Part shown: positions 13,999-28,570 of the stretch, piece after piece | Position numbering within the stretch: the stretch's first letter is position 1 | Layout: each line of letters begins with the position of its first letter | Assembly: GCF_001194135.2 (NCBI RefSeq) | Contig: NC_068997.1 | Span: 22,529,582 to 22,592,964, forward strand | DNA: 63,383 nucleotides | Direction of reading: 5' to 3' | Source of the DNA: Octopus bimaculoides | Lineage: Eukaryota | Notes under the pieces: model-generated | What the model was told of the DNA's origin: nothing | The model's input: the letters and a program-made list of their open reading frames with translations, nothing else | The model's database searches: none | Made by a program: the position numbers and the translations under genes

Positions 13999-14883
13999 AG
14001 AGAAAAGAATATATAATAGGTCAGTATTTGTGCATGCATNNNNNNNNNNNNNNNNNNNNNNNNNNNNNNNNNNNNNNNNNNNNNNNNNNNNNNNNNNNNN
14101 NNNNNNNNNNNNNNNNNNNNNNNNNNNNNNNNNNNNNNNNNNNNNNNNNNNNNNNNNNNNNNNNNNNNNNNNNNNNNNNNNNTATATATATATATATATA
14201 TATATATATCGTACTGGGTTATATGGATTATATTGCGTATTTCTTACCAGAATACGGGTATACGTTGCGTAATTTCAATTACATATCAAAATTGGTATTA
14301 TTTATAAATACCCACTGTTGAGGTGAATGATATAATTAAGGTATAAATATAAAGAAAAGGTTATAAAATATCATAGTAAAATAATGAACACTGATGTCCC
14401 TCCCCTTCTAATCTATGAATTAATAGTATCTACATAATAACAAATGGTAAAACGTCCATTTTATGTATTTTCATGTTTCCAGTCATACTCAATAGGGCTC
14501 ACACACACGCTCACACACACGCTCACACACAACACGCACACTTATATATAAACACACGCACCCTTCGGGTATGACTGCGCTATGTTTGTTTGTTTGCTTT
14601 CTTTTTTTGCTTATATGCATTTTACAGCATTATATATAGTATATATATATATATATTACAGTGATGTATTGTGTTTTCCGAAAGTAAAATAATATTGCTA
14701 TACTATTCGAAAGTAATATTACATAAAATCTCATTTTATTATTAACCGCTATAATTATAGTTTTTTCTTATTCTCCATATTAAAATTTTCAGAGTTATAT
14801 ATATATATATGTGTGTGTGTGTGTAAATAACATATACGTACATATATATGCATACATACACACATATACATGCACACACACAC

Positions 14884-14959
<76 letters not shown>

Positions 14960-15589
14960 TACATAATACTATGATTATTATTTATAATACGTATAATCTC
15001 GTTCGTCATGGATGAGTTACTTGGTATATTCTGTTTTATTAAATCCCTTAAATGTTATTAAAATGTATTTTTTATTTTCATTTTCCCTCCACTGTAATTT
15101 CAATTTCACTTAAATCTATGTACTAGTGTACGAAAAGAAAAGTGAACAAATATAGAATGACCGCTTCCCAACCAAACGTTATCCCTAAAATCTTTAGAAA
15201 CTGTAGACGTTTTTCGTTACCCGGAACCAATTTTTAATTGCATTGACCAATGATGAATATCATCGCAATATATTTATGAGACCATGAAGGAACCTTGATC
15301 TAATCAGACAACCAGTTAGGAATAGTGGTTACATCACCCTCAAATCAAATTTAATTTCATTAAAAATATACGATGGTGAACTAAATGTAACGTAGTTCTA
15401 AATATCTCCCAGACAATCTCGGGAAAATATCCCAAACAGTACAAAACACAAACGATTTTTTAAGATTCTCCTAAGAATGGAAACAGTACGGTCCGAACAG
15501 AAAGGTTTATGTTCATTGTATGTATATATTGTATGTATGTATATATAGGTATGTATGTATATATATGAGTGTGTGAACGACAGAATAAA

Positions 15590-15932
15590 TACTAGGGGTC
15601 GATTTATTCGACTAAAGGCGGTGCTCTAGTATGGCCGCAGTCAAATGACTGAAACAATTAAAAGAATATGCATATTTTGATGTCAATTAAGATTTTTTTT
15701 TACTTCGACTTGTGTCGGTTCTTTGACTGCGGCCATGCTGGGGTTAAGCTGGGGAATTGCTTTGAAGAATTTTAATCAAAGGAATCAACTCCATTTTTTT
15801 TTTCAGTTTTTTTCTTTTTGAAGTCTGGAGCTTATTATATTAGTCTCTTTTCAGCACCGCTAAGTTACGGGGGAGCAAACACTAGCGCCAGTTTTCAGGA
15901 CCCGTTTGCTGTTCTGCTTATGTCATTAAAAT

Positions 15933-15964
<32 letters not shown>

Positions 15965-16225
15965 GAGGAAGAAAGAAAGAAAGAAAGAATGAAAGAAAGA
16001 AAGAAAGAAAGAAAAGAATGAGTGAGAGAGAGACTAATAAACTACAATAATTCAAACAAATTTATCAATGAAGTCTTCACATAGGTGTAGTCGTGCATGT
16101 GTAGTAAGAAATTTGCTTCCCAACCATGTGGCTATGCGTTCAGTCGCACTTCTACTATAGCCTCGGCCCGACAAATCCTTGAGAAGGATCTATGTAGAGG
16201 TAACCTAAAAGAAGCTCTTCATATA
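15590..16225. mobile_element. Three SINE family B fragments (15590-15667 +, 15715-15895 -, 16082-16225 +)
   Basis: ggccgcagtcaaatgactgaaac; ttgactgcggccatgctgg; ttgcttcccaacc..ctactatagcctcggcccg. Confidence 0.7.
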
Positions 16226-17235
16226 TACGTGCGTAAAATGTTGGGTGTGTGTTTGTGTTTTAGTGCCCCAATAACTGAACATTTCGGTAAGACCGACCGA
16301 TGAAACAATAACGATGCTGTAATATGTACTGGAGTCCATTTGTTTGTGTAAACCCTTGAAAACATTGCTACAGCCTGGCCGTAATGTAATGACTGAAATA
16401 AAGAACCAAATGATTCTTTGATCCTCTACGTTTAGTATTTACAAACTAAGCAAACCCAGCAAACCCAGCAAACCCAATGTTGTTGATTCCGTTATCAGCA
16501 ATAACAAGTTTTTATAACATAAGTTTAACCAGTGTCGTCTGTCATGTAACGCGTAACTTGAGATGCTATTCATATGAAACATAATGCTGTTTGGGGATAG
16601 CAGTATCTTATCCAAACGGTAGAACGACGAACAAAAGGTCTTGTTGTATATAATTACATACCCATTAAAGTTCTTTATGAGTCAAAAATTCTACTGAGAT
16701 CAACATGGCGAGACCACGTAGAGGATATCTCGATTGCTCGATGTTTGTCTCCTATGTCTTAAGTGAGAAATAATTATAACTTTCAGTTAGGAGCGGTCAG
16801 GGGCCAGACCATTAGAGCGCTGTAAAAAATTCTCTTGTGGTATATAGTTTCAGCTGAGATGGAATCCTGTCCGGGTACATTTTGTTTTCCATCTTATTCT
16901 CCCTGGGTTTTTTTCTTTTTTTTCTTTTTTTTAGTTCTTCATCATGTGGTTCACTCAGAAATATTCACCTTACCCTTGTTCGGCCATTAATGCTTTCGTT
17001 TTGATATAAGCATGCATGTTATTTCCTAACGAAATTGTGTATTAGACTTGCTCAGTTACATACATATATGTGTGTGTGTGTGTGTAAAGAAAATAAGAGA
17101 AGGTAGAAAATACTAGAATAATCTTATCATGACTACATCGTGTAATGCTTAGTACCGGTTTCTGTCTTTTCGACTTTTTTTTAACTAAGAGTAAAACGAA
17201 GGTGGATATTAATTAAGACGAAAAATAATTAAATT

Positions 17236-17325
17236 GAAGAATTTGAACTCAGAACGTAGCGGCAGACGAAATACCGCGAAGCATTTAGCCCGGTGTGGTA
17301 ACGTTTCTGCCAGCCCGCCGCCTTC
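17236..17325 (-). mobile_element. SINE family A 5' portion
   Basis: gaatttgaactcagaacgtagcggcagacgaaataccgc..gccagcccgccgcc. Confidence 0.85.
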
Positions 17326-17477
17326 GACAATATTAGAATATTAGCTTAATGTGTATTGTTTACTAATCCTCAATTCTACTCTCATAAAATTCCATATATC
17401 TGAAGATTTCAGCATATATTAAGCTTTCAAGCACATAGCTAGCTAGCTGGGTAAATAGACAGAAAGTTAGATAAAGG

Positions 17478-17508
<31 letters not shown>

Positions 17509-17823
17509 TATATACATGTATGCACTTGGATCGTTTGTGTGTGAGTGTGAGCGCGCGCGTGTCTATATGTATACACAAAACAAACGCATAAAATTTACAC
17601 GCTTAATTGCTTTATTTCTATTTAAGAGGTAATGGAAATCAAGTGGGAAACAACTATAATTATAAATGAATAAATACACACACACACACGCACACACATA
17701 TAAGTGAATATACATATACGAAACTATATGCATATACATATGTATTTACATATGTCTTCTCTCAATTCACACCCGCTCACACTGATTCTGCATATATGTG
17801 TGCTGTACTATATAAATAACTCA

Positions 17824-17911
<88 letters not shown>

Positions 17912-19873
17912 ATAAGTATATAGTGGCGTGCATGCGGACGTGTGTTATGTTGTATCCCATTGTTTCCTCTCAAACACATCCTCTCCTAAATTAGATAATA
18001 TATAACAAATAAAAAACAGATTACGAACCAATCACGTAGCATGATTGAAATAATAAAGAGGTTCAGTCAGAAATCAGAGTGTGAGCAAAGTGAAAGTAAT
18101 TCGCTTCAGCACTGTTTGGCGCGGGAAAAAAAATAACAAGGACAAAACAAACATAAAACATAAAAAAAAAACAAAAACGCATCCCCCCATCACCAAACTC
18201 TGACGTTACTAGCTACGACGGTGCAGAGTGATAAATGCGAAAATAGAATGATCAAGTACTTTAGCATAGTAAAAGCGCAATTCGATACGAGTTAAGTGAT
18301 ATAAAAAGGATATAATAAAATGATAGATATCATTGATATTGCCATAGGTTTATGATTCTGCTGACAGAATATATGGCTTCTTTTGAGTTTCTTTCTGTAC
18401 GTGTCCTAATTTGAAGTCACTTTGTTCTATTGTTAATAGGTTTGTTTTTCTTTCATACATGCATAGAAAAAAAAAAAACATTTTTGCATGGCATATATAN
18501 NNNNNNNNNNNNNNNNNNNNNNNNNNNNNNNNNNNNNNNNNNNNNNNNNNNNNNNNNNNNNNNNNNNNNNNNNNNNNNNNNNNNNNNNNNNNNNNNNNNN
18601 NNNNNNNNNNNNNNNNNNNNNNNNNNNNNNNNNNNNNNNNNNNNNNNNNNNNNNNNNNNNNNNNNNNNNNNNNNNNNNNNNNNNNNNNNNNNNNNNNNNN
18701 NNNNNNNNNNNNNNNNNNNNNNNNNNNNNNNNNNNNNNNNNNNNNNNNNNNNNNNNNNNNNNNNNNNNNNNNNNNNNNNNNNNNNNNNNNNNNNNNNNNN
18801 NNNNNNNNNNNNNNNNNNNNNNNNNNNNNNNNNNNNNNNNNNNNNNNNNNNNNNNNNNNNATATATATATATATATATACATACACGCACACAAACGCAT
18901 ACATATACACTTGGAAACGTATATATGTTTTTGTAGATTACGTATATTCACAAATCTATGTTTATACATATTTATGCTTATGTTTGTATTGTAATTCTCC
19001 TTGTGTGTGTGTGTATGCGTGTGTGTGTGTGTGTGTGTGTGTGCATGCGTGTGTTTGTGTGCGTGTGTGCACGCTTGCGTGTGTACTGCGTTTTCTCTGG
19101 ATTCTCTTCATGTGCAATCCACAGAAAATTCTAAATCTTCATATTCCGGGTAGCATTATAAGTTTGAATCTAACGGTTTGGAGTTGGGTTATTGGAGAAG
19201 TGTTAATGTTCAATTATTTTTATAGCATGTTGACCGATCGCTATAGCCGCTGTAGACTTAACTTTCTTATATCAGTGACAGCAGATTGTCTCTACGCATG
19301 AAGACTGTTTGGCAGTCAACCGTGCTTTGCTATTCTTTATATATCGTCCATATATTTAACTTGATCCAAAGAGTTCCATTCACGATCAGAGAGCTTGCTT
19401 TTTTTTTTCTTTTCTTTTTTACTTATTTTCTATACTCATATTATCGACTGTATTGTCTAGCGTTTGCATATTTCTTTAAGACAGCAAATTATGATTGGAG
19501 GTGGATTTAGCTGTTATTTTTAAACATTCGAACGACATTCCGTACTCATCTTCATTGGTGGTTCAAGAGTCGCTCATGTTGTTGTTGATGTGTTGTGTGT
19601 TGCTGTTGTTTATCGTGATTTATTTCCACATTATTCATGACTATAAAACTCTATGATCCAAACACATTTCAGCTGTAATCTTCCCGGGTTTCCGCTCAGT
19701 CTTGCTACGTGTATTGTGTGTAAGATGTTTCCGTATTGTTGTTTTGGCGCTATCTGCTTGGCATAGGTGATTACATGACATCATACGTTTAAATGCTGCT
19801 CTCGTTCTTTCAGTCTACCCCGCTCTTAGGCACCACTTTGAAGGGTTTTCAGTCGAATAGATAGATAGATAGC

Positions 19874-19947
<74 letters not shown>

Positions 19948-20224
19948 CACTGACGGACAGATAGACAGACAAACAGATAGGTATGTATGTATGTATTCAC
20001 GCATGTGTATGTTTGATATATGTGTGTGTTTCAGCGAGGTCATGGGGGTATGTTTGCCTTCGGTGCCAAAAGCAGTTACCAAAAGAGGCTGAATGTCCAT
20101 TAAGATGTGTCAAAACCTTAGTGTCAAGTAGCAGGGCCCAAGCTTTTCTTGATGTTGTATTACGTTCGCATCTCATTTTCTTTTCCGAAATGTTTTACAA
20201 GCAAATTTAATTAGTAGAAACATT

Positions 20225-20600
20225 ACCTGGTATTTGGGAACAAGTCTCCCCAAATCCCAAGATACTGCCTTAGAAATCTTTTACAACACCGGAAGGCACT
20301 CTTCTGCAGGATCGACAAGAAGTGATTCAATATGACAATCTCATAGGTAGCTTTTCGAGTGTGGTTTCAAGTGCAGCAGTTACCATTTGAGCAACTGCTG
20401 TCTAAATCTCCCACGATCTTTCCGGCTTCCCGACTAGGTCCTGATATATCTCATCATTTTCAGTTTCATTGGTATCAACTCTCTTATCATATGGTATTGC
20501 AAAGTTTACGATCTTACAATGTTTATTTATTTCACCTTCTGTAATCATATTTGGTTTCTTGCTCCAATAGTATAGCTAGTCTTTAAGTGGAAGCCACATA
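20225..20600 (-). mobile_element. Degenerate restriction-like-endonuclease (RLE) C-terminus of an R4/Dong/Hero-type LINE
   Basis: Minus-strand translation KPNMI..KHCKIVNFAIPYDKRVDTNE..YQDL, then ILQKSA..RQYLGIWGDL; matches the recalled RPD..DFAIPYD..KYQDL RLE motif. Confidence 0.75.
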
Positions 20601-21252
20601 AAATTCTTTAATCATTATTATTTTCCTAGATTTCCAATAATTTTACTGCAGAAACTTAGCCAATACACACTACCGGTTAATAAATCAAATATATACCTTA
20701 TAGCAGGCATTCACATATAAATAGAGTTTAGTATCAGTTGATGCATATGTAACAGTATCAATGAAATTTTTCCAATATGGCTGCCAGCAAATACGCTGTC
20801 ATCAAGAAACTAGTTAGATTAAAACAATCAATATTTGTTCATAATTTCAAATACGTGGTATAATTCAAATTACATCACACATGCTTGATATGTCACACGG
20901 AATATATCCTCCAATTGCCTTGCTTGGTTTTAACAAGACTGGCGTCAGTTTTCAGCGGAAATCTAAATACTGACAAAATTATAATTTATAATTAACGTTA
21001 TCAAGTGGGAACAAAGAATATCTAGTTGTTCTACTCGAAATGGATGAATGCAAAGGTATATGTCATACGTATGAAGCCTGCACTCCTGCCAGACAGCTAT
21101 GACATGTCGGAATATTATCTATTGTTGGCGTACTATCCTTCCTCCTCTCTCTCTATTTCTCTTGGTTCGTCTTAGATTTCTCCCACCATCTATAAATACT
21201 CATATGTACATACGCATAAACATACAGACACACTCTCTCCCCTCTTTCTCTG

Positions 21253-21291
<39 letters not shown>

Positions 21292-21451
21292 ATATATATA
21301 TGTATGTATTCTTACTGATATATACATACATACACATACATGCAAACTGCAACGTGTAGCCCAGTCGTGTTTATCACACACACACGTATATATATGTACA
21401 TATATATATGTGTTTGTGTGTGTGGTGTGTGTGTATGTATGTATATATAGA

Positions 21452-21519
<68 letters not shown>

Positions 21520-21845
21520 AACAAAATGGAAATAATGGTCATTACATATTTTATCTTCACTGGAGTAAATTCGGCTTACAGCTGTTTCCAGTGGTCATTA
21601 TAAGTACGTTACAGACAGGTTTACTCAGTTGGTCTATTGATCAATTGAGGTAAATGGAACGACCTATGAAAATTAATGCTACTTTTGTCAGAGCCATTTC
21701 TGGTTATATCAAGCAGAACGCTGGAGGAATGGTGATTGTAAGTGGAAGATGGCATAAAGATCGGAGGAAGGCAAGTTACAAAGAGGTGGAAGTAGGCATG
21801 GAGATGGTATAGAAGTCACTTGCTAGCCGTTGTATTGCCAAATTT

Positions 21846-22551
<706 letters not shown>

Positions 22552-24302
22552 AATAATAATAATAATAATTATTATAATAATAATAAGTAATCGCTTTATT
22601 ACGTAACTTTAAGTTGCTAGATTCCAGCTCCCGTTGTTTAAATCTACCAAAACTAGGGCATGCACTGAATCAAACAAAATTCGAACTCATTAAAAATTCA
22701 TATTTCCGTTTCCAGCCCGACACCACGAAGCAGCGTCAGCTTCTGTTTATGTAAATGCTTCTGCAGTAGGATTCATAGCTTACACTACTGCCACAATAAC
22801 ACTAAATAACACACAAGCGAAGCAGCGGCAGCAGCAGTATTGCAAGATATGTTCCATTGATCTTCGTTGGATCAAGAAGAACAGAATAAGCAACATTAGC
22901 AGCAGCAGCAGCAACAGTCTTAGCGGTGATAATAGTAACGGAAGCTGCGGCAGTAGCAGTAGTAACCTATATTGTTTAATTCGATTTCCAAACATTATAT
23001 GTGTTAACGGCTATTTTAATCGTTGCAAGTTTCCATATTGCCTCCCGCTTATTTTCTGACTAACATACAACAGAAGTATCCATGCGAATACATACATACA
23101 TACATACATACATACATACATACATACATACGTACTCTCTTGAAAGTTTATAAATTCTTTTGAGATCAGTAATGTTTGTGTGTGTAATATCCAAATATAT
23201 ATTTTCTTCCGGTGGTAGGTAAAAATCAAAGAATATATATAGCTGGTAATTAAATTAACTTTGAGCCACAAATCAAGACTTTACATCGTTTACGCAATTA
23301 TACTATATTTTGTATCTGAGGTTTTTTAATTCGTTACATTTTAGTGAAAGTAATACAGTGGCAAAAGTAATATAGTGACAAAATTTGTAGTCAGATATGT
23401 TGAACTTTTAATTTCCTAAGTACTTAACCTATTACAGAATTACACGGATGCAAGGAGTTTCATTTTTAGAGAAATATTTGTCACATATAAGAATTTATAT
23501 AACAGGATACAGAAAGATATTATTTTGCAAAGTATATTGTGGAAGAATGCTCTGGAAGAATGTCTGCTAATTACTGAGTCTATTCCAATGAAATCATTAA
23601 AATTATTTGACAATTCATAATAGAGATCTTTATGAAAATAAGGTGGTAAACTAGCATAATAGTTACTGGGACGGAAGAAATGATTGGCGGTTTTTCTTCC
23701 AGTTCTTCTGGCGATTTTACCTTTCATCCTTTCGCGGTCGAAAACCGGTACGGATGTCCGAAACTGACCATCACCACTAATTTGCAGGCGTTTCGCCATT
23801 ATCAGAAAGAATTGTCTAAAAGAATAAATGAATGATTTGTCTCTAATTCAGACAGAAGACCAAACGGTTTCTACATTGGGTATAAATCAATTGAATAGAT
23901 TATAGGATTTCATTGTACATTAATAATTAACCTGGAAGTGTACATGGTGGGATTTCATCTCTGATATATATNNNNNNNNNNNNNNNNNNNNNNNNNNNNN
24001 NNNNNNNNNNNNNNNNNNNNNNNNNNNNNNNNNNNNNNNNNNNNNNNNNNNNNNNNNNNNNNNNNNNNNNNNNNNNNNNNNNNNNNNNNNNNNNNNNNNN
24101 NNNNNNNNNNNNNNNNNNNNNNNNNNNNNNNNNNNNNNNNNNNNNNNNNNNNNNNNNNNNNNNNNNNNATAAGTATTCCCTAAGAATTAAGGCACAGCAG
24201 CATTTAAGAGGCCATTTACGTTAAGTATTATATGTGCGTGTGTGTGTATATATGTGTATGTGTGTACAAATTTATATATGTATGTATTTATACATATATG
24301 CA

Positions 24303-24386
<84 letters not shown>

Positions 24387-25613
24387 TACGAATATATGTA
24401 CATAATTATGTATAAATACATATATATGTATGTATATATACATATGCATGTATTTATACGTTGAATACGTATATGTATCTATACACATATATGCATATAT
24501 ACGTGTGTGTGTGTGTGTGTGTGTGAGGTTAACGATATATCCTATGTGTTGTTGGGTTGTATAATTACATTAAACCAACTTTCTAGCATTCAACGTGCAG
24601 ACCGAACTAGAAGTTGGGGCACCATTTATGCCTTTTAGCTGTAAATAATTCTTTTCAGCGGAAGAATGTAAGGATCGTTGTTGGATTCTTGGTTATGATA
24701 TGTAATATTTTAATCTATTTTATTGTGCTCTGTAGTTGAGTTTAATAATAAATAGATCAACAGACAATTGAATCATGTAACCAGTCAACAATGGCATTAA
24801 GTTTCCAGGTTACTGAGCTCGAAATATTTGGTAATATTATACTTTTCCCTTATATTCTATTCTGTATTATCTTATTCCTACCTATATATATATATATATT
24901 AGTGTTTGCGTGTATCTGTGTGGCGTCGAATGTGTTTGAGTGTACGCTTTATTTTCTATGTGCTTATCTGTTACACATGGATACGATTCAATTATTCATT
25001 ATATCGATATCACTGAAAATCATGTATCCGGTTCGTTTAAATGGTCTGTGACCATTACGTAATATATGTATGCATATGAATAACATATCTTTATATACAT
25101 ATCTACACATGTATCTACGTGTATTTGTACGCGTGTATGTATTTTATGTATGTATACTTAACGTTCGTACCTACGTATGCATTTTCACATTCGCATGTGA
25201 TATACGGATATCCTTTTAATTTGTATTTATATTTTTATATACCTTCACAGTTGTGGCAATGCTGGATCATCACTTCCATATTTTGCCATTTTCAATCAAT
25301 GACTACGTATAATGCTGTATTGCAAACCATTTATTCATATGAAAAAATATTTTGCATACATAGAAGCCAAACATCGTGTAAACAAATTCACTTCCTGAAG
25401 AAACCGCCGAGAGGAATCTTGAAGTTGCAGTGACCACTAACATAATTAATAAATCTTACGATGCCAGTACCATAGTGTCCCATCACCATGTAATATGTGT
25501 GGTTTTCTCTAAATTTTATTGATTAACAACACATTGTATTACGCATATATGCATATGATGGTAGTTTCTTCGTGACCAGAGATCATGAAGAGGAGCGGCT
25601 CACTCTCACATCC

Positions 25614-25764
25614 TTATGTAAAACGATACTTGATGCTGTATGTATTTTTGTCCGGCCTACGCTTAGCTGTCTTAAAGTAAGTGTCAATCCACGTCATCTG
25701 ATTCCACGCTGTGGGCTTAGACACACAGTGGTCAAGCTGACTAAGACGGGGGTGATGTAGGTTT
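25614..25764 (-). CDS. Candidate terminal coding exon of the same minus-strand gene
   Basis: Acceptor caattcAG at 25766-25765. The phase-2 start matches the phase-2 end of exon 28028-27743. It reads (K)NLHHPRLSQLDHCVSKPTAWNQMTWIDTYFKTAKRRPDKNTYSIKYRFT*. AATAAA lies on the minus strand at 25520-25515. No homology recognised. Confidence 0.35.
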
Positions 25765-26124
25765 CTGAATTGTAGTGACATTCACATAATAGATTTGCCT
25801 TAAATTGCTGGAGAGCTCCACCTACACATGAATTATCAGAGGGTGTCAAAAAAGAGAACCGGAACACGTGAGCGTATCCACTCCTTGATTTGCTGCCGAG
25901 GTTCGATCCGTTAGTCGCTTCCTTTCCATTCTCAGGGCACTCACGAAACAGAGAAGGTAAAAGTATAAATGTGTGTTGCACATATATATAAGAATTAGTC
26001 AAAAGGCGTTTACTAGACACACACAGATAAGTGCGCTATCCGATCAAATGCAAAATCCGATATAAACAACGGGAGGACGGAGTCCAGGCAAACAACAATT
26101 AACAGTGGACAATTTACTTGTCGG

Positions 26125-26282
26125 GCTGTATATATACGAGGGGATTCTTTCAGTTTCCGTCTACCAAATCTATTCACAAGGCTTTTGCTGGCCTGACGCT
26201 AGACAGTTGCACAAGGTGCCATGCAGTGGAACCGAGTGGCTTGTAATCAAGCTTCTTACCTCACAGTCACTCCTGCGCCTAT
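26125..26282 (-). mobile_element. SINE family B 5' half
   Basis: tttcagtttccgtctaccaaatc..gcagtggaaccgagtgg..cagtcactcctgcgcc. Confidence 0.85.
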
Positions 26283-27306
26283 ATATATATNNNNNNNNNN
26301 NNNNNNNNNNNNNNNNNNNNNNNNNNNNNNNNNNNNNNNNNNNNNNNNNNNNNNNNNNNNNNNNNNNNNNNNNNNNNNNNNNNNNNNNNNNNNNNNNNNN
26401 NNNNNNNNNNNNNNNNNNNNNNNNNNNNNNNNNNNNNNNNNNNNNNNNNNNNNNNNNNNNNNNNNNNNNNNNNNNNNNNNNNNNNNNNNNNNNNNNNNNN
26501 NNNNNNNNNNNNNNNNNNNNNNNNNNNNNNNNNNNNNNNNNNNNNNNNNNNNNNNNNNNNNNNNNNNNNNNNNNNNNNNNNNNNNNNNNNNNNNNNNNNN
26601 NNNNNNNNNNNNNNNNNNNNNNNNNNNNNNNNNNNNNNNNNNNNNNNNNNNNNNNNNNNNNNNNNNNNNNNNNNNNNNNNNNNNNNNNNNNNNNNNNNNN
26701 NNNNNNNNNNNNNNNNNNNNTATTCCGGTATAAGTGTCAAATTATTGCTACTCCGAGAGTGGGCGATATTATTGTATGATATCCATAAAATTTTGTTCAT
26801 CACTTCATAGGTGTGAGATTCTACGCCAAACGTTTTCGACTAAGTTCCTGGAATTTATCCAGGGTGCTTGAACTGTGAGTATATATTATAAATGCATGGA
26901 TTTACTTTTGTGAAATGTATAATGAATTACTGAAATGTAGACTAACACCATGATTGAATTGGAATCCTATGTAATATGTTACATTAGGTTTTTGAAGATA
27001 AATTGGTGCTCTTTTTGACAGACCAGTATTAAGCTTGTCTGAAATCTTCAGAATGTCAGCAAAGGCGGAATTGTTCAGTGAAGTATGGTGAGGTATTAGT
27101 AAAGTATTTCTCAATGAAGATCTATCATTTGCACATCTATTGAGTTTTCTATTTTCTTGAGTAGCTACAATTTATGTTGTTTGTGTAACTCTCTCTGTAT
27201 ATATATATATATATGTCTGTGTGTGTGTGTATGTGTGTGTGTGTCTGTGTCTGTGTGTATGTATAAACATTTGTATATACATGTGTATCTTTATGTATAC
27301 ACACAC

Positions 27307-27353
<47 letters not shown>

Positions 27354-27742
27354 TGTATGTGTATATACGTATATAATTTCACATTTAAGATTTTTACATC
27401 AAAATTCAACGCTCATAAAACACCCAAAATCCAGACCTATTAAAGAAAATAATGTAATGTCTAGCAGATATCGATCTCTTTACACAATATAGGCGAAAAC
27501 AAATGAAAAACAAAAAGATTTTACAGGACAAACAATTTAGTAGGCACATAAATCACTCCAATTTAGTACAATTCATTACAAATCATTTTATTATTATTTT
27601 TATTATTTATTTTTTCTTTTTGTCAATTTACGAATATAATGAACCAAATAAGATTCGTACCAATGACCGAGTCCTTAAGTAGTCGTCCAATGAGCATTAA
27701 ATAGAAACCAGATTTACCGAAAAAGTATGAACACAAAGTTAC

Positions 27743-28028
27743 TTTGCAGCCTTGTGTTTGCGGATTCGGACTCTTCGAAAATAAGAGAATATCACTATTC
27801 TAGCATGCTCTTTTTTCCGAAGTTGATCTGCTGTAATATTTCCTGACGTTACTGCATTGAATAAGGCGGTGTTGACCAGATTAATGACTTCCTCGAAGCT
27901 GAGATTCATCTGCGAGATGGTTCCCTGCCTGTTGACATTTGCCTTATGTACAGCATGGAAGGAACTGAGATCCATACGTCCATCAGAGGCACCAATAGTG
28001 ATTGTTATTAATTTTCTGTAGGTTCTGT
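27743..28028 (-). CDS. Internal or penultimate exon encoding a divergent voltage-gated Na+/Ca2+ channel-like C-terminal domain (second EF-hand-like region plus IQ-like motif)
   Basis: Acceptor ttttaacAG at 28030-28029 and donor AA|GTAACT at 27742-27741. Open frame RTYRKLITITIGASDGRMDLSSFHAVHKANVNRQGTISQMNLSFEEVINLVNTALFNAVTSGNITADQLRKKEHARIVIFSYFRRVRIRKHKAA. By-eye match to recalled Nav CTD motifs: KLITITI ~ KIISMDI, AVHKANVNRQG ~ ALTKDFFARKG, GTISQMNLSFEE ~ GEMDALRIQMEE, IVIFSYFRR ~ IIIQRAYRR. If unspliced, it ends at stop 27741-27739. Confidence 0.55.
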
Positions 28029-28169
28029 CTGTTAAAATGATTGGTTATGCTTACGAAGAACTACTTAATTTAATCCATAATTTTCTACGGCATATAATAC
28101 TAGATATTTTGTTTTTAAATTATGCTGTGGTTGACAATATGGGAATCCTTTTTAACATACAGCTACAGG

Positions 28170-28570
28170 TGAAGGCGGCATGCTGGCAGAATTGTGTACC
28201 GTGATAGGGAAACTACTTGGCGGCATTTCGTTCATTTTTACGTTCCGAGTTCAAGGTTTATCTTACATTTGAACCTTTCGCAGTCGATGAAATAAATACC
28301 GGTTGATTTAATCGACTTAACCCCTCCCCCGAACTTGCAGAGCTTGTGGCAAAATTTGAAACCAATATCAAGTTGTAGGAAGGCGGGCAAAGTGCTTAGC
28401 AGCTTGTCGTCTGTTTTTGCGTTCTGAGTTCGCGTTCCGTCAAGGTCGACTTTACCCTTCAAAGATTTTGGGTTGAGAAAATAAGTACCAGTCAAGTACT
28501 GGAGCCAATGTCATCGATTTACCCTTCTCTCAAAATTGCCGACCTTGAGCCAAAATTTGAAACCAATATC
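28170..28570 (+). mobile_element. Two head-to-tail SINE family A copies
   Basis: Both end in caaaatttgaaaccaatatc and share the gtcga..aaataagtacc core. Confidence 0.8.
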
